Source: Chitinophagaceae bacterium (GTDB taxonomy: Bacteria; Bacteroidota; Bacteroidia; Chitinophagales; Chitinophagaceae). Taken from it: DNA of 64,000 nucleotides. The stretch spans positions 651,617 to 715,616 of the forward strand of contig JADKHN010000001.1 in assembly GCA_016721725.1 (NCBI GenBank), read 5' to 3'. The position numbers and the translations under genes are program-made. The notes under the pieces are model-generated. The model did not search any database. It was not told the DNA's origin and worked only from the letters and a program-made list of their open reading frames with translations. Positions 55,427-64,000 of the stretch are shown in pieces (position 1 is the stretch's first letter; each line of letters starts with the position of its first letter).

Positions 55427-58400
55427 TCAATTCAACTTGATGAACTTCTCCACCACAAATTCCTCTTCCTCATAAGTCGTAACCTTAATTGTATATTGGC
55501 CTCCGGACAAGTTGCTCACATCCAATATCGTTTGGCTCAAGCCAGCGCCCAATGATCTGCTGGTTCGACTGACCAGGCGGCCGATCGCATCATAGATCGA
55601 GAAGTCAACATCCCCTGCTGCAGGCAGATCAATCACCACATACAAAACAGACCGGGCCGGGTTCGGATAGATGCCGGTAACCGGCCTGGGGATCGCCTGC
55701 GTATTCAAGGCAAAAGAGGAAAAAGCCGTCAGGTTGTTGAGCGATTGGGTGAATGGCTCGGTACCCGTTGCATTGGTGGCCGAACCGGTGGTCCAGGTAG
55801 TACCGTTATGCCGCATCACATAACAGCGGCTTCGGGTAAAACCGGATAGTTCCTGCACACCGGACCATTGCAGTTTCAGGTTCACATTGCTGCCCCCAGA
55901 TATGCCTTCATTGATGATCCAGGTGCGGTCGACCACCTGGCTGCTGTACAATGTTCCGGAAACGCCATTGACAAATACACCCTGTTTCACCCTAACCGTG
56001 AAATTATCGGTCAGGTGCCCCGCATTGCCCGAGAGGACCACCGGGTTATAGCTGGCTGCATCACTTCCCACCGGAATGGCCCGGCTTTCGCCTGCCGCCA
56101 GGTTCAACACCACCACAAAACCTGATCCGTTGGTAATGATATGGGAAGCCGAAGAGCCCAGGCTGGTGGAGGCCAGCGAAATGTTGAAACCACCAACCGT
56201 GATATGACCATTGGTCAGGGTGAGTGTTCCGGTTACGGCTGCAAGTCCTCCCAGGATCACACCACCGGCCCCATTCATGGTGACATTGATGGTACTGAAT
56301 CCGGGAATGGATTGTGGAGCGCCCCCCCTGAAAGCCAGGTTACCGGCCGTAGCATTGAACACGCCGTTCCGGATCAGGTTCCCGTAGATCTCCAGTAATC
56401 CCCCAGTACCCACCGTAAGCAAAGCTCCTGTATTGATGGTGATGTGGCGGGCTGCCCCGGTTCCCCCGCTGAGGTTGGGCATATTGGGAGCGCCGGCCGG
56501 GATCAACACATCGGTAGCGGACGTAGGTATCCCTCCGCACCAGTTGGATGCGGTATTCCAGTTGCTGCTGGTGATCCCGATCCAGGTTCCGGTAGCCGTT
56601 ACCGTAAGTATGGCGGTTGCTGATGTGATGCTGCCGCAGGTCCCGCTCACCACCACATCATAGTTTCCGGCATCGCCGGCAGTTACCCCGGTCAGGGTAT
56701 AAGAGGAGTTGGTTGCTCCGGCAATATTCCCGCCGCCCTTCCTCCATTGATAAGTTAAACTGCCCCCTGTAGCCACAACCGTGAAGGTTACATTCCCACC
56801 GACGCACAAGGCTTGGCTGAGGGGCTGCGTAGTAATGGTTGTGCCCACATTAACAGTGAGCGCGGCAGAATTGGAAGTCTCTGTGCCGCAGGTACCGGTC
56901 ACCACCACATCGTAATTGCCGGCATCGCCAGCTACGACGCCTGTTATGGTATAGGTGGCATTGGTAGCGCCGCCGATATTCACGGTATTCTTTCTCCATT
57001 GGTAACTAAGTCCGGTACCGGTAGCGGCAACGGTAAAACTTACATTGACGCCGGCGCAAACCGACTGGCTGGCGGGCTGGATACTAATGACCGTGCCCGC
57101 ATTGATCGTGAGCGTGGCGATATTGGAAGTCGCTGTTCCGCAGGTTCCTGTAACCACCACGTCATAATTGCCGGCATCACCCGCTGCAACTCCGGTCAGG
57201 GTATAAGAAGCATTGGTCGCGCCGCCGATATTCACGGTATTCTTTCTCCATTGGTAACTGAGCCCGGTACCCGAAGCCACAACGGTGAAGGTCACGTTGG
57301 CGCCGGTACATACCGACTGGCTGGCGGGTTGTGTGGTGATGGCAGTACCGGCGTTCACGGTGAGCACAGCAATATTTGAGGTTAACGGTCCGCAGGCGCC
57401 GGTCACCACTACATCATAATTGCCGGCATCGCCAACCGTTACGCCCGTTATGGTATAAGAAGCATTGGTCGCGCCGCCGATATTCACGGTATTCTTTCTC
57501 CACTGGTAACTGAGACCAGTACCCGAAGCTACAACGGTAAAGGTCACGTTGGCGCCGGCACAAACGGTTTGTGAAACAGGATGCGTTGCGATGGAAACCG
57601 GTTGATTCACCGAGATCATCACGGTATTGGAATAGGAGGAAGTGGGTCCGACCGAACAGGTCACTTTCAACCGGTACCAGGTGGTGCTGGTGATGGTGCC
57701 CGTGGATGCAGAGGCGGGATTGGTTTGTCCGGCCAGGTCATTGATGTTGGTCACGAAATTATCATTGGAATACTGCCATTGATAACTGATGCTGGCGCCC
57801 CCGGAATAACCTGTAGCGGTTACCGTACCCGAGCCCGAATTACAGAAGGGTCCGGATGAAGTGGCCGCCGTACCGCCGGTCGGGGTTGAACAGGCGGCAG
57901 GACTGAACTCAATGGCACCGGGATCGGGATTGGCGCTTCGCACCACATCGAAGAAATCATCCAGGATGCCGCCTACCGCGGTGGTACCCATGGTAGCGCC
58001 ATCCACCGTTCCATTCGTTGGTTGAAGATCCCCGGCGGGCAGGTTGACGAACTGCGGATCGGCAAAGACCGAATTGGCGTCTTTACCGGTGAGCGTTTGC
58101 CAGTCGCTGAACGTGGTGTAAGTGGTGCTGCCGATCTGTCCATAGGTTTGCGTTCCTCCCGGTGCGTTCAGGTAGGTGGCATTGTAATTGGAGGTCAATG
58201 GTGCGGAGGATGCGGCCACATCGATGATCCTTTTTATACCCGTACCGCCCCGGGTGACCACAAAAATATTATTCCGGATATCCATGCCGTTCTGCGTGGT
58301 CAGGTTCGAAAGATTGAGCGCATTGGTATTGGACGTACTGGCGCCGGTGGCGTTATTCAATACGATGGTGTTGTGGTAGATGTTCACCGGACCGGTCACG

Positions 58401-61156
58401 GAATTATTTTGAATGCCGTATTGCGCGCCGTCATTATTCATGCCATAGATCAGGTTATTTTGTATGGTCCCAGAGGTGGGCGCCGTGGTGGTTCCGCTCA
58501 TGTGCACACCCCGGCTGATGGTTGATGTACCGGGCATGGCCAGGTGCAGGTCGTAGATCCTGTTCTTTTCCAGCAGGAAAGTCAGGGAGCCCGCGGGAAC
58601 CGTGATGCCAGCCGGTGTGACCGCGTCACTGCCCGAATTGGTCCGGTTGGGGCGACGGATGATGTTCTTCGACACCAGGGCCCCATTGGTGTAGGACAGG
58701 TAAACGCCAAACCCATACCAGTCGAGCACAGTATTGTTGATCACCGAAATACGGGTCAGCGGCGTGGTCCAGTGTACTCCCGATAACTGGATCGCCGAAT
58801 AACCTCCTGAAACGGTATTGCCGGAGATCACCACACTGTCGGACAGGGAGCCATCCAACAACCAGTTGGAGCCGGAAATGATGATGCCGAAAGCAGAGGA
58901 AGTGGCATTGGTGAGGGATACGTTCACGGTATTATTCCGGATGGCCAGTTTCGATGAACCGTTGGTGATGTGGATGCCCCGCCCTTGTGTGGCGTTGAGG
59001 CTGTTCACCGTCAGGTTCTCCACGATCACATAATTTACCGCATTCAGCTGCAGGATATGATCGATGCTGGCATTGGTGGGATCGTATTGCAGCACCTGCC
59101 CGTTCCCGTTAAGGGTGACCCGGTTCACGGCGCTTGTTCCGGGTATGGTATTGAACACCACCTGTTCGGTATAAGGTCCATTGAGAACATTGATGGTCAC
59201 CGCGGAACAAACCCCGTGCAGGCTCAAAGCATCGGCCATGGACTGGAAGCTTTGGTAGTTGGTGGAAGAAGCAGGCGCGCCACCATTGATGGTGAACACT
59301 CCTTCCAGCCCTCTGCGGAACCCATTGTAGGTATAACTGTCATTACCCGGGTTCGAATCCGGGCCGCCGTTGGGATTGGAAGTAGTGGCGGTGAAGTTAT
59401 AGATGTTGGACCCCGTCACCGGAACGGTTCCCAGCGTAACCACGGTTGACATCCCGGAAGGAAGCGATGGGCCGGTCCAGTTCACAACGGGTTGAGGAAC
59501 GCCGTTCACGGTCCAGTTGATCGTTACAGTATTCAAGGGATCGCCTCCCGCATTGGTGAGTTCGAACTGTACCGAAAGCGTATTGGCGCAATGCGGGATC
59601 GGGGGCAGGATGAAATCGGTGATTGAAGCATCACCTGATGGCGGGGAGAATTCATAAGCACCGGGATCAGGTGCGGCGCCGCGGGTGGCATTGGTGATAT
59701 CGGTGGTGATCCCGGTACCCGGTAAGGCCTGGTTATTGATGACCCCGGAAGAGGGAATCGGGTTATTCACCGCCTGGAAGGATGGATCAGCCTCAAAACT
59801 GGCAGCGTCCTGCGTGCTGGCCGTTTGCCAGGCATTCAGTGTGGCGTAAGCCGTGGTACTCCGCATCGCCACGTTGCCCCCCGGCACCCAGAAATCATTG
59901 TAATTGCTGTTGATGGCTGTGGTCACGTTACTGGTTGAGGCCAGCTCAATAGCCGTCTTGGTACCGCTGGTATTTTGTTTGATGCTGAAAATATTATTCC
60001 GCAATACCGAACCCGTATTGCTCAGTTCTTCCCGGAATCCTTTTAAGTTTCCACTGGTTGCAGCCGCATTATCAATGGAAATGGTATTGAAATAGATCTC
60101 CGGCGAGCTGCCACCGGTACGCACCCGGATACCCTCGATGGTTCCGGTAGTGGAGCGTATGTCGTAAACCAGGTTATTGTACACTTTGTGCCCGGTGCCG
60201 GCGAACAGGTAGATCCCTACCAGGCTGCCGGCGGTTTGCGACATCTTGATGTAATTGCCAAAGATCCTTCCGTTGACATTTGCTGATTGCGCCAGCTGAA
60301 TGGCATTGACGGAAGCGGTTACGCCGGCGCTTTTATCGAAATGATTCCCGCTGACGATGGCGCCGTCGGTCTCCCGCAGGTATACGCCGTTGGTGTTAAA
60401 ATCATTGATGGTATTGTTGTTGATCAGCACATTGGTGGCCAGGGGGGAGGCAAGTCCGCTTAAAGAAACACCGTAGCCGCCACCTGTCGTGGTATTGCCG
60501 GTAAAGCTGATGAGATCGAATGTACCGCCGGGTGTTAAGATGCTGGACGCGATGCCATTGGCCACAAAGGCGCCCAGCAGGGTACTGGTTGCGGAACCCA
60601 TATTCACCACACAGTTGCTGATGGTGATGTGGTTTCCCGAATTGAGGATATGGATCCCGATGAACCCGGTAGAGCCCGGGAACATGTCCACATGCAGGTT
60701 ATTGATGGTGAAATACTGCAGGTCGATCAGGCGGATGATATGCCGGTTGGGATTGGAGCCGGTCTGGTTGATCGCCGTATCCGAAGTGATGGTCTCCCCG
60801 CTGCCTTCAATGGTAATGGTTGCACCCGCGCCCAGTCCGCTGATGTTTTGAAAGATCACCTGCTCGGTATAGGGGCCAGTGCCCGGAGTGACCGTGGCCA
60901 CCACATTACCGGTAACGCCCTGTGCGGTGAGGGCTGCGGAAAAATCCGTGAAGCTGTTGAAGTTGTTACCCGCGGTTGGTAATGTCTGGTTGATGGTATA
61001 GGGTCCGCTCAGGGCAAAGTTCCTTTTACCGGCGAATGCACTCCCCGTGAATAACAGAATTCCAGCGATGAGGAGTAAAAAGGTCAGAAAAGGACTCTTC
61101 CCTTTCCTGGAAGTCTTTTCGCAAAAGAAATCAGCGTATAGATTTTTTGACCTCAT
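55427..61156 (-). CDS. Giant secreted T9SS cargo protein: right-handed beta-helix repeats + tandem Ig-like domains + C-terminal sorting domain
   Basis: 1909 aa with a signal peptide. The N-terminal ~1000 aa have many N/G/T-rich beta-helix-like repeats. Five Ig-like units follow (SYQWRKNTVNIGGATNASYT..GDAGNYDVVVTG.CG). The C-terminus IYPNPARSVLYVV...IKLN is typical of a T9SS type A sorting domain. Confidence 0.85.
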   Translation of the reverse strand: MRSKNLYADFFCEKTSRKGKSPFLTFLLLIAGILLFTGSAFAGKRNFALSGPYTINQTLPTAGNNFNSFTDFSAALTAQGVTGNVVATVTPGTGPYTEQVIFQNISGLGAGATITIEGSGETITSDTAINQTGSNPNRHIIRLIDLQYFTINNLHVDMFPGSTGFIGIHILNSGNHITISNCVVNMGSATSTLLGAFVANGIASSILTPGGTFDLISFTGNTTTGGGYGVSLSGLASPLATNVLINNNTINDFNTNGVYLRETDGAIVSGNHFDKSAGVTASVNAIQLAQSANVNGRIFGNYIKMSQTAGSLVGIYLFAGTGHKVYNNLVYDIRSTTGTIEGIRVRTGGSSPEIYFNTISIDNAAATSGNLKGFREELSNTGSVLRNNIFSIKQNTSGTKTAIELASTSNVTTAINSNYNDFWVPGGNVAMRSTTAYATLNAWQTASTQDAASFEADPSFQAVNNPIPSSGVINNQALPGTGITTDITNATRGAAPDPGAYEFSPPSGDASITDFILPPIPHCANTLSVQFELTNAGGDPLNTVTINWTVNGVPQPVVNWTGPSLPSGMSTVVTLGTVPVTGSNIYNFTATTSNPNGGPDSNPGNDSYTYNGFRRGLEGVFTINGGAPASSTNYQSFQSMADALSLHGVCSAVTINVLNGPYTEQVVFNTIPGTSAVNRVTLNGNGQVLQYDPTNASIDHILQLNAVNYVIVENLTVNSLNATQGRGIHITNGSSKLAIRNNTVNVSLTNATSSAFGIIISGSNWLLDGSLSDSVVISGNTVSGGYSAIQLSGVHWTTPLTRISVINNTVLDWYGFGVYLSYTNGALVSKNIIRRPNRTNSGSDAVTPAGITVPAGSLTFLLEKNRIYDLHLAMPGTSTISRGVHMSGTTTAPTSGTIQNNLIYGMNNDGAQYGIQNNSVTGPVNIYHNTIVLNNATGASTSNTNALNLSNLTTQNGMDIRNNIFVVTRGGTGIKRIIDVAASSAPLTSNYNATYLNAPGGTQTYGQIGSTTYTTFSDWQTLTGKDANSVFADPQFVNLPAGDLQPTNGTVDGATMGTTAVGGILDDFFDVVRSANPDPGAIEFSPAACSTPTGGTAATSSGPFCNSGSGTVTATGYSGGASISYQWQYSNDNFVTNINDLAGQTNPASASTGTITSTTWYRLKVTCSVGPTSSYSNTVMISVNQPVSIATHPVSQTVCAGANVTFTVVASGTGLSYQWRKNTVNIGGATNASYTITGVTVGDAGNYDVVVTGACGPLTSNIAVLTVNAGTAITTQPASQSVCTGANVTFTVVASGTGLSYQWRKNTVNIGGATNASYTLTGVAAGDAGNYDVVVTGTCGTATSNIATLTINAGTVISIQPASQSVCAGVNVSFTVAATGTGLSYQWRKNTVNIGGATNATYTITGVVAGDAGNYDVVVTGTCGTETSNSAALTVNVGTTITTQPLSQALCVGGNVTFTVVATGGSLTYQWRKGGGNIAGATNSSYTLTGVTAGDAGNYDVVVSGTCGSITSATAILTVTATGTWIGITSSNWNTASNWCGGIPTSATDVLIPAGAPNMPNLSGGTGAARHITINTGALLTVGTGGLLEIYGNLIRNGVFNATAGNLAFRGGAPQSIPGFSTINVTMNGAGGVILGGLAAVTGTLTLTNGHITVGGFNISLASTSLGSSASHIITNGSGFVVVLNLAAGESRAIPVGSDAASYNPVVLSGNAGHLTDNFTVRVKQGVFVNGVSGTLYSSQVVDRTWIINEGISGGSNVNLKLQWSGVQELSGFTRSRCYVMRHNGTTWTTGSATNATGTEPFTQSLNNLTAFSSFALNTQAIPRPVTGIYPNPARSVLYVVIDLPAAGDVDFSIYDAIGRLVSRTSRSLGAGLSQTILDVSNLSGGQYTIKVTTYEEEEFVVEKFIKLN
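56590..57590 (-). repeat. Four near-identical ~246-bp tandem coding repeats (Ig-like units); a fifth diverged unit extends to about 57860
   Basis: Recurrent DNA blocks, for example GATATTCACGGTATTCTTTCTCCATTGGTAACT at about 56980, 57225 and 57478. Confidence 0.85.
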
Positions 61157-61439
61157 ACCAGGCGGGTTTGAACAATGAAAAAAATGCGCTGTGCTTGAAC
61201 GACATTTCCGGGTTGTTTCTGTATAGCCAGTCCCATCGTAGTTTCCAGAGAAGGTAAGTTAGGGTTAATTTTTGAAAAATGGGTAGCAGATGGGTAAGAC
61301 CCAGGGTGCCTGGATCACCCGGTTCCTCGGTCGGTGAGTACACCGATCGGAATTATCCGGTTGAAAGATGCGGTGGGGTATGTGCTGCAGGGGACGGTGA
61401 TGGTGACCAGGTGAAAAAAGCTGAAAGAAGCCTTCGGCT

Positions 61440-61690
61440 TTGCGAGCCCATTTTACCGTCATTGCGAGGAAGAATGACGAAGCAATCCCCCGAATACGGA
61501 GGATAGTGATACAGGTGAAATAAAAAACGCTGACCTGCCTGCCGGTAGGCAAGTTGAAGCCTGAGGCTTTGCGGCCTTCGGCCGTTTTTTTTACCACAAA
61601 GGCCACAAAGTTTTTTCACAGAGGTCACAAAGGAGAGTATCCGCTTTGTGTGCTTTGTGTTGCCTTCTCTTTGTGGCCTTTGTGGTCAAA
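61440..61690. repeat. Cluster of REP-like hairpin elements
   Basis: CGTCATTGCGAGGAAGAATGACG hairpin, GCCTGCCGGTAGGC hairpin, and the 17-bp perfect inverted repeat CCACAAAGGCCACAAAG (about 61594-61610) / CTTTGTGGCCTTTGTGG (about 61669-61685). Confidence 0.7.
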
Positions 61691-61697
61691 TCTCAAT

Positions 61698-63710
61698 TCA
61701 CCACCCCACAATGACAGATTCACCATCTTTAATCAGTTTACTGATCATCATCTTACCCCTATCCATTACAGTTACCCTTAGTTTCAAGGCCTCCCGTTCA
61801 ATGGTAATATCCATATCCCTTCCGAATGCACGGATATGACGAAGGCGCATGACCGGCCAGCCGGAGGGCAGGCGGGGTGTGATGCTGAAACGATGCAATC
61901 CGGTTGGCCGGATCCCGAACAGCCCTTCCGTGAAGATCCGGCAATACAACCCGCTTTCCGCCGAAAGATGCCGCTGGTTTCCCTCTGGATAGGCTTCTAC
62001 CGGGTAAGGAACATGGTCGCCCAATAAACGGCGGTTGGAATAATCGTGTAAGAAACGCAGGGCCTTATCGGTTTCGCCGGCAGCCAATACGCCACGCAAC
62101 GCGTAAAGTGTGGAGCGGTCCCAAAAGGTCTTATCACCGGCAAGACTGGCCAGTCCGTCGGCCGTCCATAATTTTGAAGAGAACAAGGCATCAATGGTAC
62201 CTGCCCTTCTTTCATACAAACCCATGGTAAGCGGAATACAGATCCAGGCCCGCAGGGTGTCGTTCTCTTTATAATATTTATAGGTATCGAATCCATCGAT
62301 CCTTGAACCAAAATATTTTTCAATCGCCGCCCGGAGTTTCACCGCCTGTTCCCGGTAAGCCTTCAGCAGTTTTTTATCCTTATCCAGGTCTGCCCCCAGG
62401 TAAGCCGCAGAGATCAATGCGTCATAATAAAGGGAGGAAGTGCAAAGATTGGCCGTGCCTGAAGGGAAGCGGCCTTCCAGTTCATCCGAGTCAGAGTTCA
62501 CCACGCCCTCCGCATTCAGTTTCCGCCTGCAGTATTCCAGGCACCACTCGATCAGGGGCCATAATTGTTCCGCCTGTTTTTTATCCCCGCCGGCCAATGC
62601 GTATCGGGCGGCGCCATAAGCGATCATCGCAGCGTCGCCCCGGTCACCGGCGCCGTCCCATATATCCGTTCCTTCCGCGATGATGGAACTGGGGATGGGT
62701 TTGAATGCGACGTTCATGAACCTCGCGAAATGAAAATAAGCGTTAAGGGAAGCTTTGTTCCCATAGTCATAACCCAGGTAAGGAAAGAAGGGCCCGATGT
62801 ATTCGGCCTGGTCGTTGGCCCAGATCGCGGCATAATAAGCCTCTCCACCGGGGCCGTGCATGGGACCGCCTTTCGTTTCAAAAATGCTTTCCGCGGCGCG
62901 GATCTTGGCAAAGGCGAAAGCCCGGTTCAATACCGTATCCGGTGTTTCCAGGATGAGGTCGCTCCATACCGTTCGGACAAAGGCCAGTCGTTTTTCTTTT
63001 TCCTGTTCAAGGTCTGCAACCAACGTTTGTTCATTCGCCTTTAGGCCCGAATAGAGAATGGAAAAACGAACCGACTCATTGGGCTCCAGGTTAAAGCTGC
63101 CACTGTTGAATAAGTCAACATGCAAGGCATAACTGCCATCGGTTCCTTTTGCCGGATCGGTTTGATAAACCAGGTTCGATCCGGGGATCTCCACCACGCA
63201 TTTTTTTGCGGAGGTATTTTTGAGGGTATAGATCTCGCAGTAGGCCGGCAGATCGGTTGACGGAAAGTATTGGCGGGTCAGTTCAAGTTCTTTCCCTACC
63301 CGGGTTTGTACCAGCAGGGAGCCGTTAAGGGTTATGGAGATGGTCTTCTCCGCGGCAATGGGCCGGTAGTTGACGGTCACCAGGCCAAATCCATCTTGTG
63401 CAAAGCGGCGGGTCAGACTGGCATGGGTATTATTGGGGATGGTCCTGAGCATGGGCCATACCAGGCTCCGGGTAGCGTGAAATGAACCATCAGCCGCAAC
63501 GCCATACCGGAGAATGCAGGAGATCCGCTTGCCGCTCATTTCAATATGGTCGTCGTGCGGAATCGTATTGCTGACGGGCCAGGAGATGGATCCGTCGGTA
63601 TTGATTTGCCAGCGGCGGTAGTCTTGCGAAAAGGCTGTTCCTGTAATAACAAAGAACAGGGCCGCCATCCAGCATTGAGGTAGTCTTAGCAGATTGTAGG
63701 TTACTTTCAT
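61698..63710 (-). CDS. Secreted protein, possibly an (alpha/alpha)6-type glycoside hydrolase
   Basis: 670 aa with a signal peptide ending AFSQ. The helical C-terminal two-thirds have an Asp/Glu/Trp-rich pattern. The family assignment is only an impression. Confidence 0.5.
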   Translation of the reverse strand: MKVTYNLLRLPQCWMAALFFVITGTAFSQDYRRWQINTDGSISWPVSNTIPHDDHIEMSGKRISCILRYGVAADGSFHATRSLVWPMLRTIPNNTHASLTRRFAQDGFGLVTVNYRPIAAEKTISITLNGSLLVQTRVGKELELTRQYFPSTDLPAYCEIYTLKNTSAKKCVVEIPGSNLVYQTDPAKGTDGSYALHVDLFNSGSFNLEPNESVRFSILYSGLKANEQTLVADLEQEKEKRLAFVRTVWSDLILETPDTVLNRAFAFAKIRAAESIFETKGGPMHGPGGEAYYAAIWANDQAEYIGPFFPYLGYDYGNKASLNAYFHFARFMNVAFKPIPSSIIAEGTDIWDGAGDRGDAAMIAYGAARYALAGGDKKQAEQLWPLIEWCLEYCRRKLNAEGVVNSDSDELEGRFPSGTANLCTSSLYYDALISAAYLGADLDKDKKLLKAYREQAVKLRAAIEKYFGSRIDGFDTYKYYKENDTLRAWICIPLTMGLYERRAGTIDALFSSKLWTADGLASLAGDKTFWDRSTLYALRGVLAAGETDKALRFLHDYSNRRLLGDHVPYPVEAYPEGNQRHLSAESGLYCRIFTEGLFGIRPTGLHRFSITPRLPSGWPVMRLRHIRAFGRDMDITIEREALKLRVTVMDRGKMMISKLIKDGESVIVGW

Positions 63711-64000
63711 AAAGCAGACCTTGGTTTATGGGAACTTAAATTAAGGCCTTTGGATGAGTTATAGTGATTGCGAGGGATAAAAAACAGGAATTTGAACAGA
63801 AATAAAAGGTGTTGTGGCCTGGTTGAATTCTTATTGAACTCTTGTTGAATTCTTGTTTTGGAGCCAAAACCCCTATGTCAACCAAAGCAAGACCAAAACA
63901 AGGCACTGAAAAAAATACTCTTCCGGGGACAAAAAGGGTTCCTATGCCGGTAAACCGTTGGCTATACTGATGACCTGCATCATTGTAACAGACCCTACCT

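Noticed and set aside
56590-57590. Regular ~246-bp repeats considered as a possible CRISPR or satellite array.
   Set aside because: The repeats are contiguous with no unique spacers. They are in frame within a long ORF and encode Ig-like modules.
59346-59363. tRNA T-arm-like string CCCGGGTTCGAATCCGGG.
   Set aside because: It lies inside the continuous 1909-aa ORF. There is no acceptor, D or anticodon arm around it, and the loop length is wrong for a canonical T-arm.
61265-61628. Several 70-113-aa ORFs on both strands in the 61.1-61.8 kb intergenic region.
   Set aside because: They are mutually overlapping, composed of translated REP-like hairpins, and lack signal peptides or domains.

Overview
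The window looks like a Bacteroidota chromosome segment. This is an inference from a T9SS-type C-terminal sorting domain, flexirubin-type pigment genes and a TAnnTTTG promoter motif. There are three parts. (1) Positions 1-4140 are visibly AT-rich. They hold at least four small, unrelated ORFs on the minus strand, each followed by a structured repeat of about 195 bp with AAC...GTT ends. I read this as an integron-type gene-cassette array with no integrase in the window (CALIN-like). An IS3-family insertion sequence interrupts it. One cassette encodes an HNH-motif protein. (2) Positions 4.3-7.4 kb carry rpoN (sigma-54), a PAP2-like membrane phosphatase and GC-rich palindromic repeat units. (3) Positions 7.8-47.7 kb carry a large flexirubin-type (aryl-polyene plus dialkylresorcinol) pigment gene cluster. 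It includes darA/darB, a tyrosine/histidine ammonia-lyase-family enzyme, a PaaK-like ligase, 3 ACPs, 4 KS and 2 CLF-like proteins, FabG, hotdog dehydratases and a thioesterase. It also has a flavin-dependent halogenase, an O-methyltransferase, AcpS, LolA-like and lipoprotein export components, an ABC exporter and acyltransferases. A 1284-aa MMPL-PlsC-methyltransferase fusion and a GT2-DUF2062 protein complete it. The right third holds membrane and regulator genes (Crp/Fnr, MFS), a 1909-aa beta-helix/Ig-repeat T9SS cargo protein with near-identical tandem DNA repeats, REP-like hairpin clusters and a secreted glycosidase-like protein. I saw no rRNA, tRNA or CRISPR array. The cassette array and its unusual attC-like repeats are the most novel-looking part. 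Within the pigment cluster, the candidate ester-forming enzymes and the triple-fusion protein are worth follow-up.
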